From positions 49,788,001 to 49,852,000 of the forward strand of contig CM059432.1 in the NCBI GenBank assembly GCA_030390025.1: a stretch of 64,000 nucleotides of DNA, given 5' to 3'. The DNA is from Squalus acanthias (Eukaryota). The position numbers were made by a program, and so were the translations under genes. The notes below the pieces were generated by a model, which searched no databases, had not been told where the DNA came from, and saw only the letters and a program-made list of their open reading frames with translations. This document shows, one piece after another, positions 24,225 to 36,498 of this stretch. The stretch's first letter is position 1; every line of letters starts with the position of its first letter.

Positions 24225-24530
24225 TGATGCGGAGATGCCGGTGTTGGACTGGGGTGGACAAAAATGAGAAGTCGCACAACACCAGGTTATAGTCCAACAG
24301 CTTTATTTGAAATTACGAGCTTTCGGAGCGCTGCTCCTTCGTCAGGTACAGTGAGGGAATACGAATCAATTACAAAGCATATATAGACAGAGAACAATGT
24401 GTCTGCAGAGATACAATCCGTCAGGGAGGCATTACATCAAAGACACAGCAGAATACAGCTAAGACAATGAGGTGGGGTCACAGGGAGTCCAACGTGTCAA
24501 ATGCTGCAGTCTGCAGTTAAGCTTTTTACT
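24225..24530 (-). mobile_element. Penelope-like element terminal fragment
   Basis: Flanked by direct repeat GTGCTGTTA (24216-24224, 24531-24539); contains a hammerhead motif and AATAAA; homologous to 36499-36679. Confidence 0.8.
24314..24348 (-). ncRNA. Minimal hammerhead ribozyme motif
   Basis: Minus strand: TAC-CTGACGA-A-GGAGC-AGC-GCTCC-GAAA-GC-TC-GTA. Confidence 0.7.
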
Positions 24531-25133
24531 GTGCTGTTAGGGAGGGAGTTCCAGGATTTTGACCCAGCGACGATGAAGGATTGGCGATATATTTCTAAGT
24601 CAGGATGGTGTGCGACTTGGAGGGGAACTTGGATGTGGTGGTGTTCCCATGTGCCTGCTGCCCTTGTCCTTCTAGGTGGAAGAGGTCGCGGGTTTGGGAG
24701 GTGCTGCCGAAGAAACCTTGGCGAGTTGCTGCAGTGCATTTTATAGATGGTACACACTGCAGCCACGGTACGCCGGTGATGGAGGGAGTGAATGTTTAAG
24801 CTGGTGGATGGGGTGCCATTCAAGCGGGCTGCTTTGTCCTGGATGGTGTCGAGCTTCTTAAGTGTTGTTGGAGCTGCACTCATCCAGGCAAGTGGAGAGT
24901 ATTCAATCACACTCCTGACTTGTGCCTTGTAGATGGCGGAAAGGCTTTGGGGAGTCAGGAGGTGAGACCCTCGCCACAGAATACCCAGCCTCTGACCTGC
25001 TCTTGTGGCCACAGTATTTATGTGGCTGGTCCAGTTAAGTTTCTGGTCAATGATGACTTCCAGAATGTTGATTGTCGGGGTGTCGGTAATGCTGTTGAAT
25101 GTCAAGGGGCGGTGGTTAGACTCTCGCTTTCCC

Positions 25134-25515
25134 TGATCTCTCCCCCCCACGATCTCTGCCCCGCAATCTCTTCCGCCCCCGATCTCTCCCCACTTGATCT
25201 CGTCCCCCATGATCTCTTCCCCGTGATCTTTCTCCCACAATCTCTTCCCCCACGATCTCTTCCCCCACGATCTCTTCCCCCACGATCTCTTCCCCCACGA
25301 TCTCTTCCCCCACGATCTCTTCCGCCACAATCTCTTCCCCCACGATCTCTTCCCCCACGATCTCTTCCCCCACGATCTCTTCCCCCACGATCTCTTCCGC
25401 CACAATCTCTTCCCCGCGATCTCTTCGCCCGTGATCTCTTCCCACCCTGCGATCTCTTCCCACCCCCCCGTAATCTCTTTCCCACCCCACCCCCCCACCC
25501 CGCGATCTCTTCCCA
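25134..25515. repeat. 15-bp minisatellite (GATCTCTTCCCCCAC)n
   Basis: Directly visible; translates as (RSLPP)n/(EEIVG)n. Confidence 0.95.
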
Positions 25516-28092
25516 CACAGCAGCCAGCCAGATAGCCTCTCAATCTGGCCAGCTGGTGGGCAGGAAACTGAGTATTAGCTTTGGCAGGACCTTCGCCTTT
25601 CCCGTATTTCTGGGTTTCCCGGTCGCTGACAGTCGCCTCCCCGTAAATATCAGGGTCAAAGTCACTGAGTCACTATTAAAGCAGCACAGTGACAAGTTCC
25701 TAAATATGTACCAGGTTCAGATCATTAACCGAGGCAGTTCTAGGGACTGTTGATGAGAAACAATTGACCTCATCTCACACCTGAATATATTATGTAAATA
25801 AGATCCATTGAATAACAAAAAAATCAGAAAAGAGGGGGTCACCTTTAAGAAGGAGTATAATAGATGGCTCTCTGTTAGTGAGGGAGACATGAACAATGCA
25901 TGTTGCAATAGAAAGCCTTATAAAGGGAATTACTTTAATATAAGCCTCCTCTTAACATGTGAACAATGAAGCAATATTATAGCAGAGGACACGGGACATC
26001 AGAGAACTTTTTAAAAGCAGTACATGCTAGAAATTGGAATTCCAAAGTAAAATCCCACGGCTTCTACTATTTTCTGCTGGTAAAACAAAACCATAATTCA
26101 TGTAACCATGAATCTAAGTCTTCATGCTGTAAATAATTGATGTTCAGGCAAACTAAACTTAACATAATTAGTAGATTGGTGCTGTATTGCACAGTATCAC
26201 TACTGTAATTAAAATTTTAGAGGCTTAAAAATCTTGATGCTGTCAGGGCTATTCACAAATAATGCATATATTTATTGTTGCTGCTAAAGTACTTCATTTT
26301 ACAGCCTGTGTGTATAAAGTGTGGCTATGTAAACTAATTGGATATGGCAATATCATCTAAATTTTAGACTTGCACCAAGGAGCAAAGTAACAGTCTATCT
26401 CTCATTCGCGTTTCATTATCAGTGTCAGACTGGCAGAATGCGGTGTCAGTGAAAATGTAACACAACATGCTCTCCAGCCCATCAACTCTTGTCAAATCCC
26501 TTATAGAGACAGGCAGTGGAGACTCCTGATGATGACAACACCAGAACTAAAAGCTCTCTTTTCACTGACCTTATCTGTCAAGAAATTCTGTATGTGATAA
26601 GAACCCGGCTACAAAAGCAGGCTAACAAGGTTCTGTTAAAAAAAGAAATATAGAAAGGAAGAAATTTTGACAGTCCAAAGAGGAAAATAAATTCTGTAGT
26701 TCAAACATCAGATGATTTTTACTCTCTGAAGATTTGTTTCTCTGAATTAAGATTTATGCATTGATAAATAATACTGAGTCTGAATGAAGCTCCCCATCAT
26801 TCTGATATATTGCTGCGATTCATTTGATTGCTAAATGAAATTTTTATTGCAATAATGTTTGTCTTTTTCAGGGCACGACTATACTATATGTACCAGTTTG
26901 ACATGACTGCTGCATAGAGCAGAACAGAGTTATACTGTGCTCTGGCCAGGGAAAATGGAGTTTGCAAATCGGTGCAGAAGTACATTCACTGGGGTCTGAA
27001 TACTGGTTAAAGTTTGCTGTTAACGGATAGTCAACTGATTTGTATAGCAGGTGCTTGCACCTATATGGACACATTTTTGCTGCCTTATGGTGGGGGTGGT
27101 GGTGGGGGGCGCTGACGTGGGAATGGGAAAAGTGCCACTGGCCAGCCATTGGTGCAGCAGCTACAGCAGGCCCATTTATAAGGAGGCCAAATATAATAAA
27201 TGTGCCAGCAATTTGATTAAGGGTCCAGGCCAGGATCCAGGCTTGGCCCCCAAGTAGGTCCCATATCTACCACTGAGCAGACCTGTGCACCTGGTATATC
27301 CCAAATAGGTCCACCTCAAACTGCTGGAAACTAGTGGCCTGGCCAGTTTTCTGCTCCACTGCTCTCCTGGCTGACCTATGCTGGGAGTGTGCTATCTGAC
27401 CCACAAATTTTTGGGGCCAACAATCTTAGCACAGGACACTGGTAGCAAAGTATTTCACGTTTTGATAACTCTACGTGAAATGGTTTGTTCTAATCTCCCC
27501 TTTTATGCAACAAGACCTTGTCTGAATCACCTATCAATGGAGGTCTTCCACCATAACTCTGCGAGACTCGAGATTAAAATGATGTCAGGGTCTGAATGAC
27601 GTCATCCGTCCCTGACCTTTAAATATTAATGAGATCCCTGCCTGCCTGTGGTGGACACCTTCCTAAAACAGCGTGCTTAAAAATGGCGGCAGATGCGAAT
27701 GCAGTGGGTACACGGCGGTAAGCGCCCAACCGCCATTTTAACCTGTTCCAGCTGGGTGGGCAGGGTTAAAATCAACCCGCTACTCTTTCTTGCGCAATAT
27801 GGGATTGGATTCAATGCTCCACTCACGCTGCAATTAGCAGGGGATGAGCTTCAAAACCAGGAAAGGCTGCCATGATGTCAAGTGACATGCAATCCATGCT
27901 AGCCTGGAACTCCCTCTGCATTTTCAGCACACAAGAAAAGTGGGAGGAGTTCACTATACCTCATTCCTGATATTTCTGCCTCTGTAACTCTCCAAAATGA
28001 AATGCATTTTAGGTAACACTGACAGTAAGTTCCAGGCTGGAATGTTAATTTTTAGCTTTAAAGGTGCTTTAAATGCTTTATGGTTTATGGTA

Positions 28093-28311
28093 AGAAACAT
28101 AGTAACAGGAGTAGGCCATTCAGCTCCTCAAGTCCATGCTACCATTGAATTAGATCATGGTTGATCTGTAACTAACTCACCCACCCGATTTGGGGTCGGA
28201 TAACAGAGAAATATCCAGGCCATAATCTAGCTGACACTTCAGTACAGTACTGAAGGAGTGCTGTATTGTTTGAGGTACTATCTTTCAGGTAAGTTGTTAA
28301 CCCAAGATCCA
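28093..28311. mobile_element. CR1 tail (minus) followed by a Deu-SINE piece (plus) that resumes at ~40385-40500
   Basis: AGGAGTAGGCCATTCAGC..; CAGTACTGAAGGAGTGCTG..GTTAACC then GGATGTAAAAGAT..GAAGAAGCGCAGGGAG after the Harbinger. Confidence 0.6.
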
Positions 28312-28598
28312 GGCGTAGAAATTCGGATGCATAGCACCTGTTGTTTGGGCGCTTCGGGTGCCGAATTGGGTCCAAAATGGTGTCCGAGCAGCTCGCACAC
28401 GCTTCTGGAGCGGGCCGTACCAGACATCACCTTGGTGAGGGCGATAGGGTGGCCGGAAGTATGGTAAGTAGGTAGATCGTGACGTCAATTAGTGTGCAAT
28501 TTATTTAAAGTTGGTGAAGTGACAGGGAGTGGTGCTGCAAGTGGAGAAGGCCTTGCTTCTGACTTCAAGGGTTCTGGTCAGACCACTTGCTCCCAGTC

Positions 28599-29657
28599 AT
28601 GGGTGCTCTAGTTGTCATCCCCCTTGGCCTGCAGCATGACAGGGAGATGGAGCAGAGGCAGCAAAGAAGAGGACAAGCTGCTCGCAGATGGACGAGGAGG
28701 AGGGGGAGAAGGATTCTCAGTAGGAGGCCTTACCCACCTAGGGTCTTCCGAGAGCAATTCACTTACCTCAACCTGAGACAGGAGCAGTGTGTGAGGCGTC
28801 TGCGCTTTACGCAGGAGGTGCTCACAGAACTCTGCCACCTCTTGCAACCACACCTGCAGCCTCACTACAGGGCAAGGACAGCGCTGCCAGTGGCTGTGAT
28901 GGAGACCGTGGCCCTGAATTTCTTCAAGTCGGGATCCTTCCAAGCTGGAGCAGGCGACATCTGTAACATCTCACAGTTCGCCATCCACTGCTACATAAGA
29001 GAGAAGCAGACGGAGCATGTGCGTGGCTTTGTCAGGATAACGGACATCCCCATGGTGCAGGCAGCCATCAACTGCGTGCACACAGCTTAGTGGGATGTGC
29101 AGTTGGTATGCAGCCATGCTCAGCACATCATGATGGTGAATGCCCGATATCCTGGCAGCAATCATGATGCATTTATTCTGCACCAGTTTGCAGTTCCCTC
29201 AGTCTTTGAGCCACCATGACAAACCAGAGAGTAGCTAATGTGCGACAAGGGCTATCACTTGATCACCTGACTCATGACTCCGCTCCGCAACCCAACCACA
29301 CGTGGCCAGCATGCGTACATTGAGAGACATGCTGCCACATGAAACATCATAGAGCAAACCATTGGAGTGCTGAAGCAATGGTTTTGCTGCCTGGACCAGT
29401 CTAGAGGAGCCCTACAGTACTCACCAGAGTGTGAGTCCCGATTCGTGGTGGTTTGCTGTATCCTCCACAACCTGGCCATCATGAGGGCGCAGCCATTGCC
29501 ACCAGAGATACGGCCACCAGCTCAGGAGCAAGAGGAGGAGAAGAAAGAAGAGGAGGAAGAGGAGGAGGAGGAGGAAGCAGAAGGAAGAAGGCAACCCAGA
29601 CAGCCCCTTTCTGGCTGGGATTTCTGGGATCAAATCACCTGCCTGCGGTATGAGTGA
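28599..29657 (+). pseudogene. Harbinger DDE transposase (HARBI1-like), disrupted
   Basis: RRLRFTQEVLTELCHLL, VALNFFKSGSFQ, QAAINCVH (GAIDCTH-like), YPGSNHDAFIL, DKGY, IEQTIGVLKQWFCCLD, CCILHNLA, poly-Glu tail; contains stops and deletions. Confidence 0.9.
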
Positions 29658-30309
29658 ATGCAACCCCAATTCCCATTTAAACATTAATCTCACACTTTAC
29701 CTTCCTTCTGTTAATGACCATCACAGTGCCCTCTTAGCCACTATGCTGAAATAAAAACCACCACAAAGCAAACAATCCAATCCAGCTTTCTACATCTATA
29801 TCCATCCAATATTATATCAAAAAATCAACTAATCACCCTTGTGCATTCTCCTAGTGACTGTCTTCTGTGTGCCTTTGCCTATCCTAATGCTCCTACGCAG
29901 TGCTACCCCAGTGGCTGCAGCATGGCTGGTGGAATGCTGCTGAATTTCAGTGGGGGAGACTGCAGATGACCTTGCAGGATGACCTCGAGGAGCTCTGGGC
30001 CTAGTAGGCCGGCTTCAGACTGCACCACCTCAGCATGGGCAGCAAAGGTCTGGGCTGGCTGGCTGACAGGCAACAGCAAGGGCAGTGGTGGAGTGGCAGC
30101 GGTGGGAGAATGAATGCTGTCATCCTGAGAGCGGACAGCAGGGTCGGCCTCCACGGATTCATTGCCACTCCCCTGGGGCAGCGCCTCAGCAATCCTAGTA
30201 TTCTGAGTACAGACTGCTGTGATACCCTGCAAGCCCCTTTCAACACTGGTAAACCCAGATATGATGGCAGCTGTCTGTGCTTGCGTGGTGTAAGAATACA
30301 CATAAACAC

Positions 30310-32929
30310 GACTGTGGCAGGGTGGCAGGAGTGGAGGTGCGCGTGGGGGGAGAACCGATGTCCAGGCCATTAAAACAATACACGTTCCCCAAGGAAGCGG
30401 AGAGATTTGAAAAAGGCAGTTGCGTCCTTGGTGGAGCAAGGGGTACTGAGGCCCCTTACGACGCATGTCAATTCCCCCATTTGGCCAGTCAAGAAACCAC
30501 AAGCTTCTAGGCGAATGACTATCGATTATAGAGTCCTGAATAAAATCATTCCCGCCTGCGCTCCCACGGTAGCCGCCGTGGTTGACTTGATCGGCAATAT
30601 CCCCAGTTCTGCCACCTTGTTCACAGTACTAGACATATCCAACGGTCGATTCCCTTACACCCAGAAGATCAGTATAAGTTCGCTTTTACCTTCAAAGGGC
30701 AGCAATATATGTGGACCTGCCTGCCACAGGGATTCCACAACAGCCCGTCTATTTTTCACCAGTGCATGGGCAAGTGCCTGACAGAGTTCAGTCAGCCAGG
30801 CCAACTTGTCCAATACGTGGATGACGTGTTGCTGTTCTCAGATAGTGAGGAGGAACATGAGGGGCTACTGGAAGAACTGTTAGAGTTGCTCAAAGCAGCA
30901 GGTTTTAAGGTAAACCCCAAGAAGGCTCAGATAGGGCAGGAGGAGGTCCAGTTTCTCGGACTGATTCTTCAACCGGGAGAGCGCGTGATAGACGAGACGA
31001 AGCGCAAAGCGATCCAGGAATTATACCGTCCGGGTTCGGTAACCGCTCTTAGGTCATTCCTGGGTCTGACAGGCTACTGTAGGGAACTCACGAGAGAATT
31101 ATGCTGCCATGGTAGCTCCTTTATTAAGGTTGTTAAGGAAGGGAGGAAAGGAGTAGAATGGGAGTGGAATGAGAACTGCGAAGAAGCATTTGTGCAGCTG
31201 AAGAGTGACTTACAGACAGCCCCGGCCCTAGAAGCTGTGGACCCTAAAAAGGGCTTCTGTCTAGAAGTTTGAGTGCTGTCCTTATGCAGGAAACTAACGG
31301 GCATTTGGGCCAGGAGAGGTTTTAAGTCAGCAGACGGCAAGCCATTGGTTACTGCACCAATGCTAGCAACCATAATGGAAGTCGTAGAAAGGGGAGGTGA
31401 AGAATATTATATCCATAAGGTCAAAGCCCATTCTAAAGCGGAATCCAGATAGGAGGGAAATAGGAAGGTGGACGAGTTAGCTAGGATGGGAGCGGAGGAA
31501 GGGGTTCCGTGGGATCCGTACCAATCGGGAGTAGTGGCGGCTGCTACCCCGGTACCCGTTACTATTTCTCTTCCTCCGGATCTTAAAATGATACAATTAA
31601 AGGATGTGGTATTAAGAGCAGTCCTCAAGGACAAGGAAGCCAGCCAGCCTGTGGAAGGGCCCTACTGGGCCAAAGATATCAGATCAGGGAAGGCATGTTG
31701 TTTAAAAGAGATAGGTGGATTGTGCCTGAAGGATACTGAGAGGAATTCATGCAGCTAGCTCACGGGGGACTGGGGGCTGGACATCCCGGCCCGGAGACGA
31801 CTTAGAAACGGGTGGAGGAAGTGGGATGGTGGCCTCACCTGAGGGAAAACGTAGAGGATTTCTGTAAAAATTGTTTGGTATGCGCAGCTAACAATCCCAA
31901 CCTGCACAAGAAAAAGGCTCCTCTAGGACGTACCTGTCGGTCTGAGGGACCGTGGCAGTGTGTTCAGATAGATTTTATTGGACCTCTGCCTACCACTAAG
32001 ATGGGCAATAAGTATTGTCTAGTCCTAGTGGACAATTTTACCAAGTGGGTCGAAGCCTTCCTGTGCAAGTCGGCCACAGCATTGTGGGCGGCCAAGACCC
32101 TAGTTAGGGAGGTATTTTCCAGATGGGGGCTCCCTCGAGTGATAGAATCAGACCAAGGGAGTCATTTCACAGGTCAGGTGATGCAGGCCACTCTGAAATT
32201 GTTTGGGATTTAAGGGAAATGGCACGTGGCTCACAACCCGCAGTCATCGGGATTTGTGGAAAGAATGAACCGTACATTGAAATTGGCTCTGCGTAAAGAA
32301 TTGAACGAAAACCCCACCAGGTGGGATGAGGTACTTCCCCTAATCCTTATGGGAATACGCAGTAAAGAGTCCAAAGGAACGGGTTACTCCCCACATGAAT
32401 TGGTAACGGGGAGACCCATGCGAACCCCCACACATCTGTTGGTCCCCACTTTGACAGACAAGCAGGTGGTGGAGGTGACCAGGGATAAAGTCCTGAGCAA
32501 TCTTTGGTAAACTTTAAAGGAGGTACACCTGGGGGCCACCCACAACATTGGGAAGGCACACCAGCGCAACCGACTACATTGGCTCCGAGTAAATCCCAGG
32601 AGTCGGAAGTAGGAAGCCAGGTGATGGTACGAAATTATGTGAAGGTGGGACTCTTCGAACCCCTCTACAAGGGACCGTATAGCATTGTCGAGACAGCTAG
32701 TCCTATGGTGTATGCGGTTCTACTACCTAAGAAAATTAAATGGTTTCACAGTAACCAGATGAAGTTTTTTCAGCCCACCAGCACGTCAAAAAGACAGCAG
32801 GCCACGATCATGAGCATGGTGAGGCTGACTCATCCTCTCCAATGGGATGATGGAGAAGGGCTGCCGAATGCGGTGCCCCCACTCAATGAGGCACCTCTGC
32901 ATGGCACGGCGCCTCCCCAGGTACAGTAA
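30310..32929 (+). pseudogene. pol: Retroviral pol: RT, tether, RNase H, integrase (frameshifted)
   Basis: NSPIWPVKKP, TIDYRVLN, LDISNG..SIPL, WTCLPQGFHNSPSIF, QYVDDVLL; WARRGFKSADGKPL..HKVKAHS..GNRKVDELA; AH..GH..CKNCLVC; QIDFIGPLP..SDQGSHF..SSGFVERMNRTLK; YKGPY. Confidence 0.93.
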
Positions 32930-33044
32930 GGTTACAATCTGAGGCAACGGCCCCGGGAGCGGCCAAGGCGGTATAGCGAATAGTTAGTATAGAGTCTGAG
33001 TAGCCGATGGTAGGGTGAAGGGATGCAGGACCGGGAGTAACACT

Positions 33045-33069
33045 CCACTTTTGTTCCCTTCTCCCACAG
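33045..33069 (+). promoter_or_regulatory. Putative env splice acceptor
   Basis: CCACTTTTGTTCCCTTCTCCCACAG|G between the pol end and the env start. Confidence 0.6.
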
Positions 33070-33139
33070 GCCAGAACAAGGCAGAGAAAAGATAGGGAGA
33101 CTATTGAGGTTGCAGTATGGCAGAGTGCTCTACGGCAGA

Positions 33140-35463
33140 ATGATAGTAATGACGGTGGAGCTTATATATGAAAGTAGGCCCGGCGGTTCAAGTTACGACA
33201 GTCAGATTACCATTGCCCCAGTAACTTCGCCCCGAGGTACCGCTCGGGAGGTTACCCTCCGACCCATTTCGGGCATGTGCAAAACAAGTTGCTCGGGAAT
33301 AGTACGGTAACCACGTATGAGGTCCAAGAAGGGAGGGGGATATGTGTAATGTGTAAGAGTGGGACTACAAGTCAGCCGCGTGTATGGTTTATCCAAGTGA
33401 AGGCAGGTAACAACACAAGGTACCATCAGATAGGGGATCCTAGGGGGAACCATGGGACCCCAACTCAATCGGAAGGTGATGGAGAGACCATGTTATGTTG
33501 GCTACGATGGCGGTGGGAACACAAGGGAATCTACGGGTGTGTAGGACTCCTGGGGATACCGAATGTTGAGGTGCCTCCACAGTGTGAAATTCCCGTCAAA
33601 CTAGATAGTGATAGCAATATCGTGCCCTACCAATGACACAGCCAGGAAAGGCGGTCATGCCAACACAGTAGTCATCCAAACTGCACTGTGAACAAACTGC
33701 ACTATGACCTATCATGTGCAGGAATGTAACAATGGAATAATACACACAGTGGAATTGAAAGTCCGTCCTAAACTTCCCCTCCCTACGAATAAAACACAGA
33801 CGGCCCAGGAATGTTGCCCCAGACACACCAAATGGGCTGGTGGTGAGCCCCACTCGAATGGTGCTGTACCACGACATGCACCATGAGGTAATACCAGTAA
33901 TGTTGAATCTGACCGAGTTGGGGCTGCCTGGTTGGTGCAAACCTGAAACAGCACAATTGTACAGAAAAATGATGCAGGAACTGATAGAGGGATTTTGGAA
34001 AAAGACCAGTGAAATGCTGACGGAATCGGAATTGGAGCCTTTATACCACATTGACCGTAGGGATGGTTATGGGTCTAATGGCACATTTGAGGAAAATGGT
34101 ACTCGGATTACTACCCAGGGGAATCACACCTAAAGGCGGCGGAGCCTGGTGAATGACAGTGTAGCCATCTTCAACACCGGAACTTCCCTCACTAATAGCC
34201 TTGATTTGGCAAGCCTAGACCAATCTGTAAAGACGATTAGAAACAGTTTAAGGAAAATTTTGTATGAAATTAATGATCAGGAACAGGAGGAATTGGAGGA
34301 GGACCAAATTATGACCATACACCTGCGGATGTGGTAAAATATCTAGAATCTCAGGCTGAGACGATAAATCAGGTTTTAAAGGAGGACCGGAATGCCTCTA
34401 GTGAGGCTGCGCGAAACGATGTACGTATAATGTATGGGTCTTGGTTGGTGGAACAAACCCGAGAAAACATACAGCACATTGTTGAGGGGAAACTCCCCTC
34501 GTGGGTGACTGATTGACATCTGATGGCGATGTCCACTTACCAACTTACCATGACTATGTGCCGAGTCAGAGGATTGGTACAGGTATACCCGGTGAAACAC
34601 GAGTGTGATTGGCAGAGGCAAAGGAACATCACCCTGTTAGGGATGGTATTATATTATCCCGTTCTGCCTGAAAACGCGGCCCCAAGTCCTCTATTCCATG
34701 TAGAGAACATAGGGGTGCGTCAGGGAAACCACCTAGTAGAGTTTGATGAACCCCCACAATACGTGACCCGAGTGAATGGGACCACATGGGTGGCCCCAGA
34801 TCTTACCAGACGTGCTCAAGCTCGGGATACATTCATCTGCCCCTACGATGTGGCAAACATGCAGCCCCAGCTTGCGGGTTCAATTGGGATAGGGTGGTGT
34901 GGAATTGTACCATGAAAGTGGCACCTCCCCGTATGATCTGCATATTGAGGGAAGGGAGAATATTGTGTGATTACTATGCAGCGGGAATACCAGAACGGTA
35001 ACGACCTGACTTGTCCTATTGCAGTGGGAACTTTTTGTTTCACCCCAGTTTGTGAGACTTGGGGTTGTTAAGCATTTATTCACATAAGCAAGTAAATACT
35101 ACTGTAAAGGATGAGTTAAAAGAGCAATTGAACCGGTACATGACTCGGTTCGGCTATAACATCCCACCGCTGCAAGAAAACTTGGTAGAGTTAATGAGGC
35201 ACGTCAATCAGTCCGAGAAGCATTATTATACCTTAGCCCAAGAAAACCATGAGCGACGAAAGGAAATATCTAGGCTTGGGAATGATTCGTCCTGGTGGGA
35301 TATCAGTAGGAATATTGAGGTTCACCCATGGATAAAGATTATCTCCCATGTCTTGGTCATTGTTCAGCTGGTGATTGTGTTATACTTACTGATAATAACT
35401 TGCCACATCAACAGATGATGCAAACAGCGAAAGTTGATCAAGCTGTTACAGAAGACACGGTAA
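33140..35463 (+). pseudogene. env: Envelope/fusion glycoprotein (frameshifted)
   Basis: Many N-x-S/T sequons; basic site *RRR|SLVNDSVAIFNTGTSLTNSLDL at ~34134; heptad-like helices; Cys-rich region ENIG..PDL..FICP..CG..NC..YC..TCP..FCF; TM IISHVLVIVQLVIVLYLLIITC (~35340-35403); short basic tail. Confidence 0.85.
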
Positions 35464-35560
35464 GAAGAAGACAATGATGAGGTGTAAGTGCCTGTGACCC
35501 AACATTCGGGTGCACAGCCACTTGAGGGTGGACTTTGTAAGAACACATCATTGCTGTAAA

Positions 35561-36282
35561 GGGCCAGAAATTCAGCTCTCCAGCTTCCCGCGGGTGCAAG
35601 GATCGCGCGCGTACTTACCTAGCGCACCTGCCATTGTGCTTTGGGCCTGCGTGAAATTCGGCTCCTGGGCCTCTTGCAGCTGCTGGTGCGCAGTGCTTGT
35701 GTATCCCAGGAGCGCAGTTAGTTCGAAGCGTCCCCTGGGATCACGTGGGCCATGGAGAGCCAATCGGAGCAGGGAATCTCCATTCATAGATTTTGACAGG
35801 AATTAATAGAGATCGGCCCCAAAACCTCACTAAAACTTCAAATAAATAAAGAAAAAATCACATTTTTAAAATAACTATAAATTACATAAATTAACTACTT
35901 TAAACAAAAATTTAAATTTTTGAAAAAGTTAATTGCACTTTTTAACGGTGCTAAAAATAAACATACCTTTCTTTAAAGTATGTAAAAAAGATAAACCTGT
36001 TGAAAAAATGTTTAAATAGTACTTAATTCACCACTTACCTTGTTAAAAGCAGGCCTTGCGCCTCCTTTTTTCCTGCGCAGCTTCTCCGTACTTACCCTCA
36101 CGGAGAAACCTGAAAATAAAAACGAAGTTTGCTGCGTTCGACCTCTGAACCCCTTCCTTCAGGGGAACGGAAGTTCCGGTTTCCAGCGCATGCGCAGTGC
36201 ATGCGCGAAACTGGCACTTTTGTTGGGTCCACGGGTGAGTACACAGCGCGTACTCACCCGTGGAGACCCGAATTTCTGGCCC
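35561..36282 (-). mobile_element. Harbinger-type MITE in the ERV LTR
   Basis: Perfect TIR GGGCCAGAAATTC / GAATTTCTGGCCC; AT-rich core; related to 56390-57134 in opposite orientation. Confidence 0.85.
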
Positions 36283-36498
36283 TTTAAAGTAACTTGACTA
36301 AACTCAAAGTTGACCAAATTTAATGGACCGGCATACCTTGAGAGACGGAGGGCCGTGTTACTGGGCAAATTCCATATAAATCACAGATAAGGAAGTGGGC
36401 CTTGAGAGTTCTGTAAAACAAATCTTCGAGCCATTGTTACCAGGAACTTTTTCAGACAATGGCGTAACCGGCCTTGAGGCCCACTGACTAACAGATAA

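Larger units (their letters stand above)
24086..25130 (-). mobile_element. Second LINE family (CR1 group, Zenon-like), 3' part
   Basis: DQKLNWTSHINTVATRAGQRLGIL..IYKAQVRSVIEYSPLAW..LDTIQDKAARL..LHHRRTVAAVC. Confidence 0.85.

Noticed and set aside
24497..25753. Long repetitive ORFs (RSWGK, RSLPP, EEIVG, RDRGG repeats)
   Set aside because: Read-through of a stop-free 15-bp minisatellite fused to a LINE fragment
26400..27050. Candidate host exons (AG acceptors at ~26881 on + and ~26633 on -)
   Set aside because: All frames after the acceptors hit stops quickly and no protein is recognisable; a non-coding or tiny exon cannot be excluded without RNA-seq
28599..29657. Domesticated HARBI1 host gene
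   Set aside because: Multiple stops and deletions, lies between TIRs, and several paralogous decayed copies exist in the window
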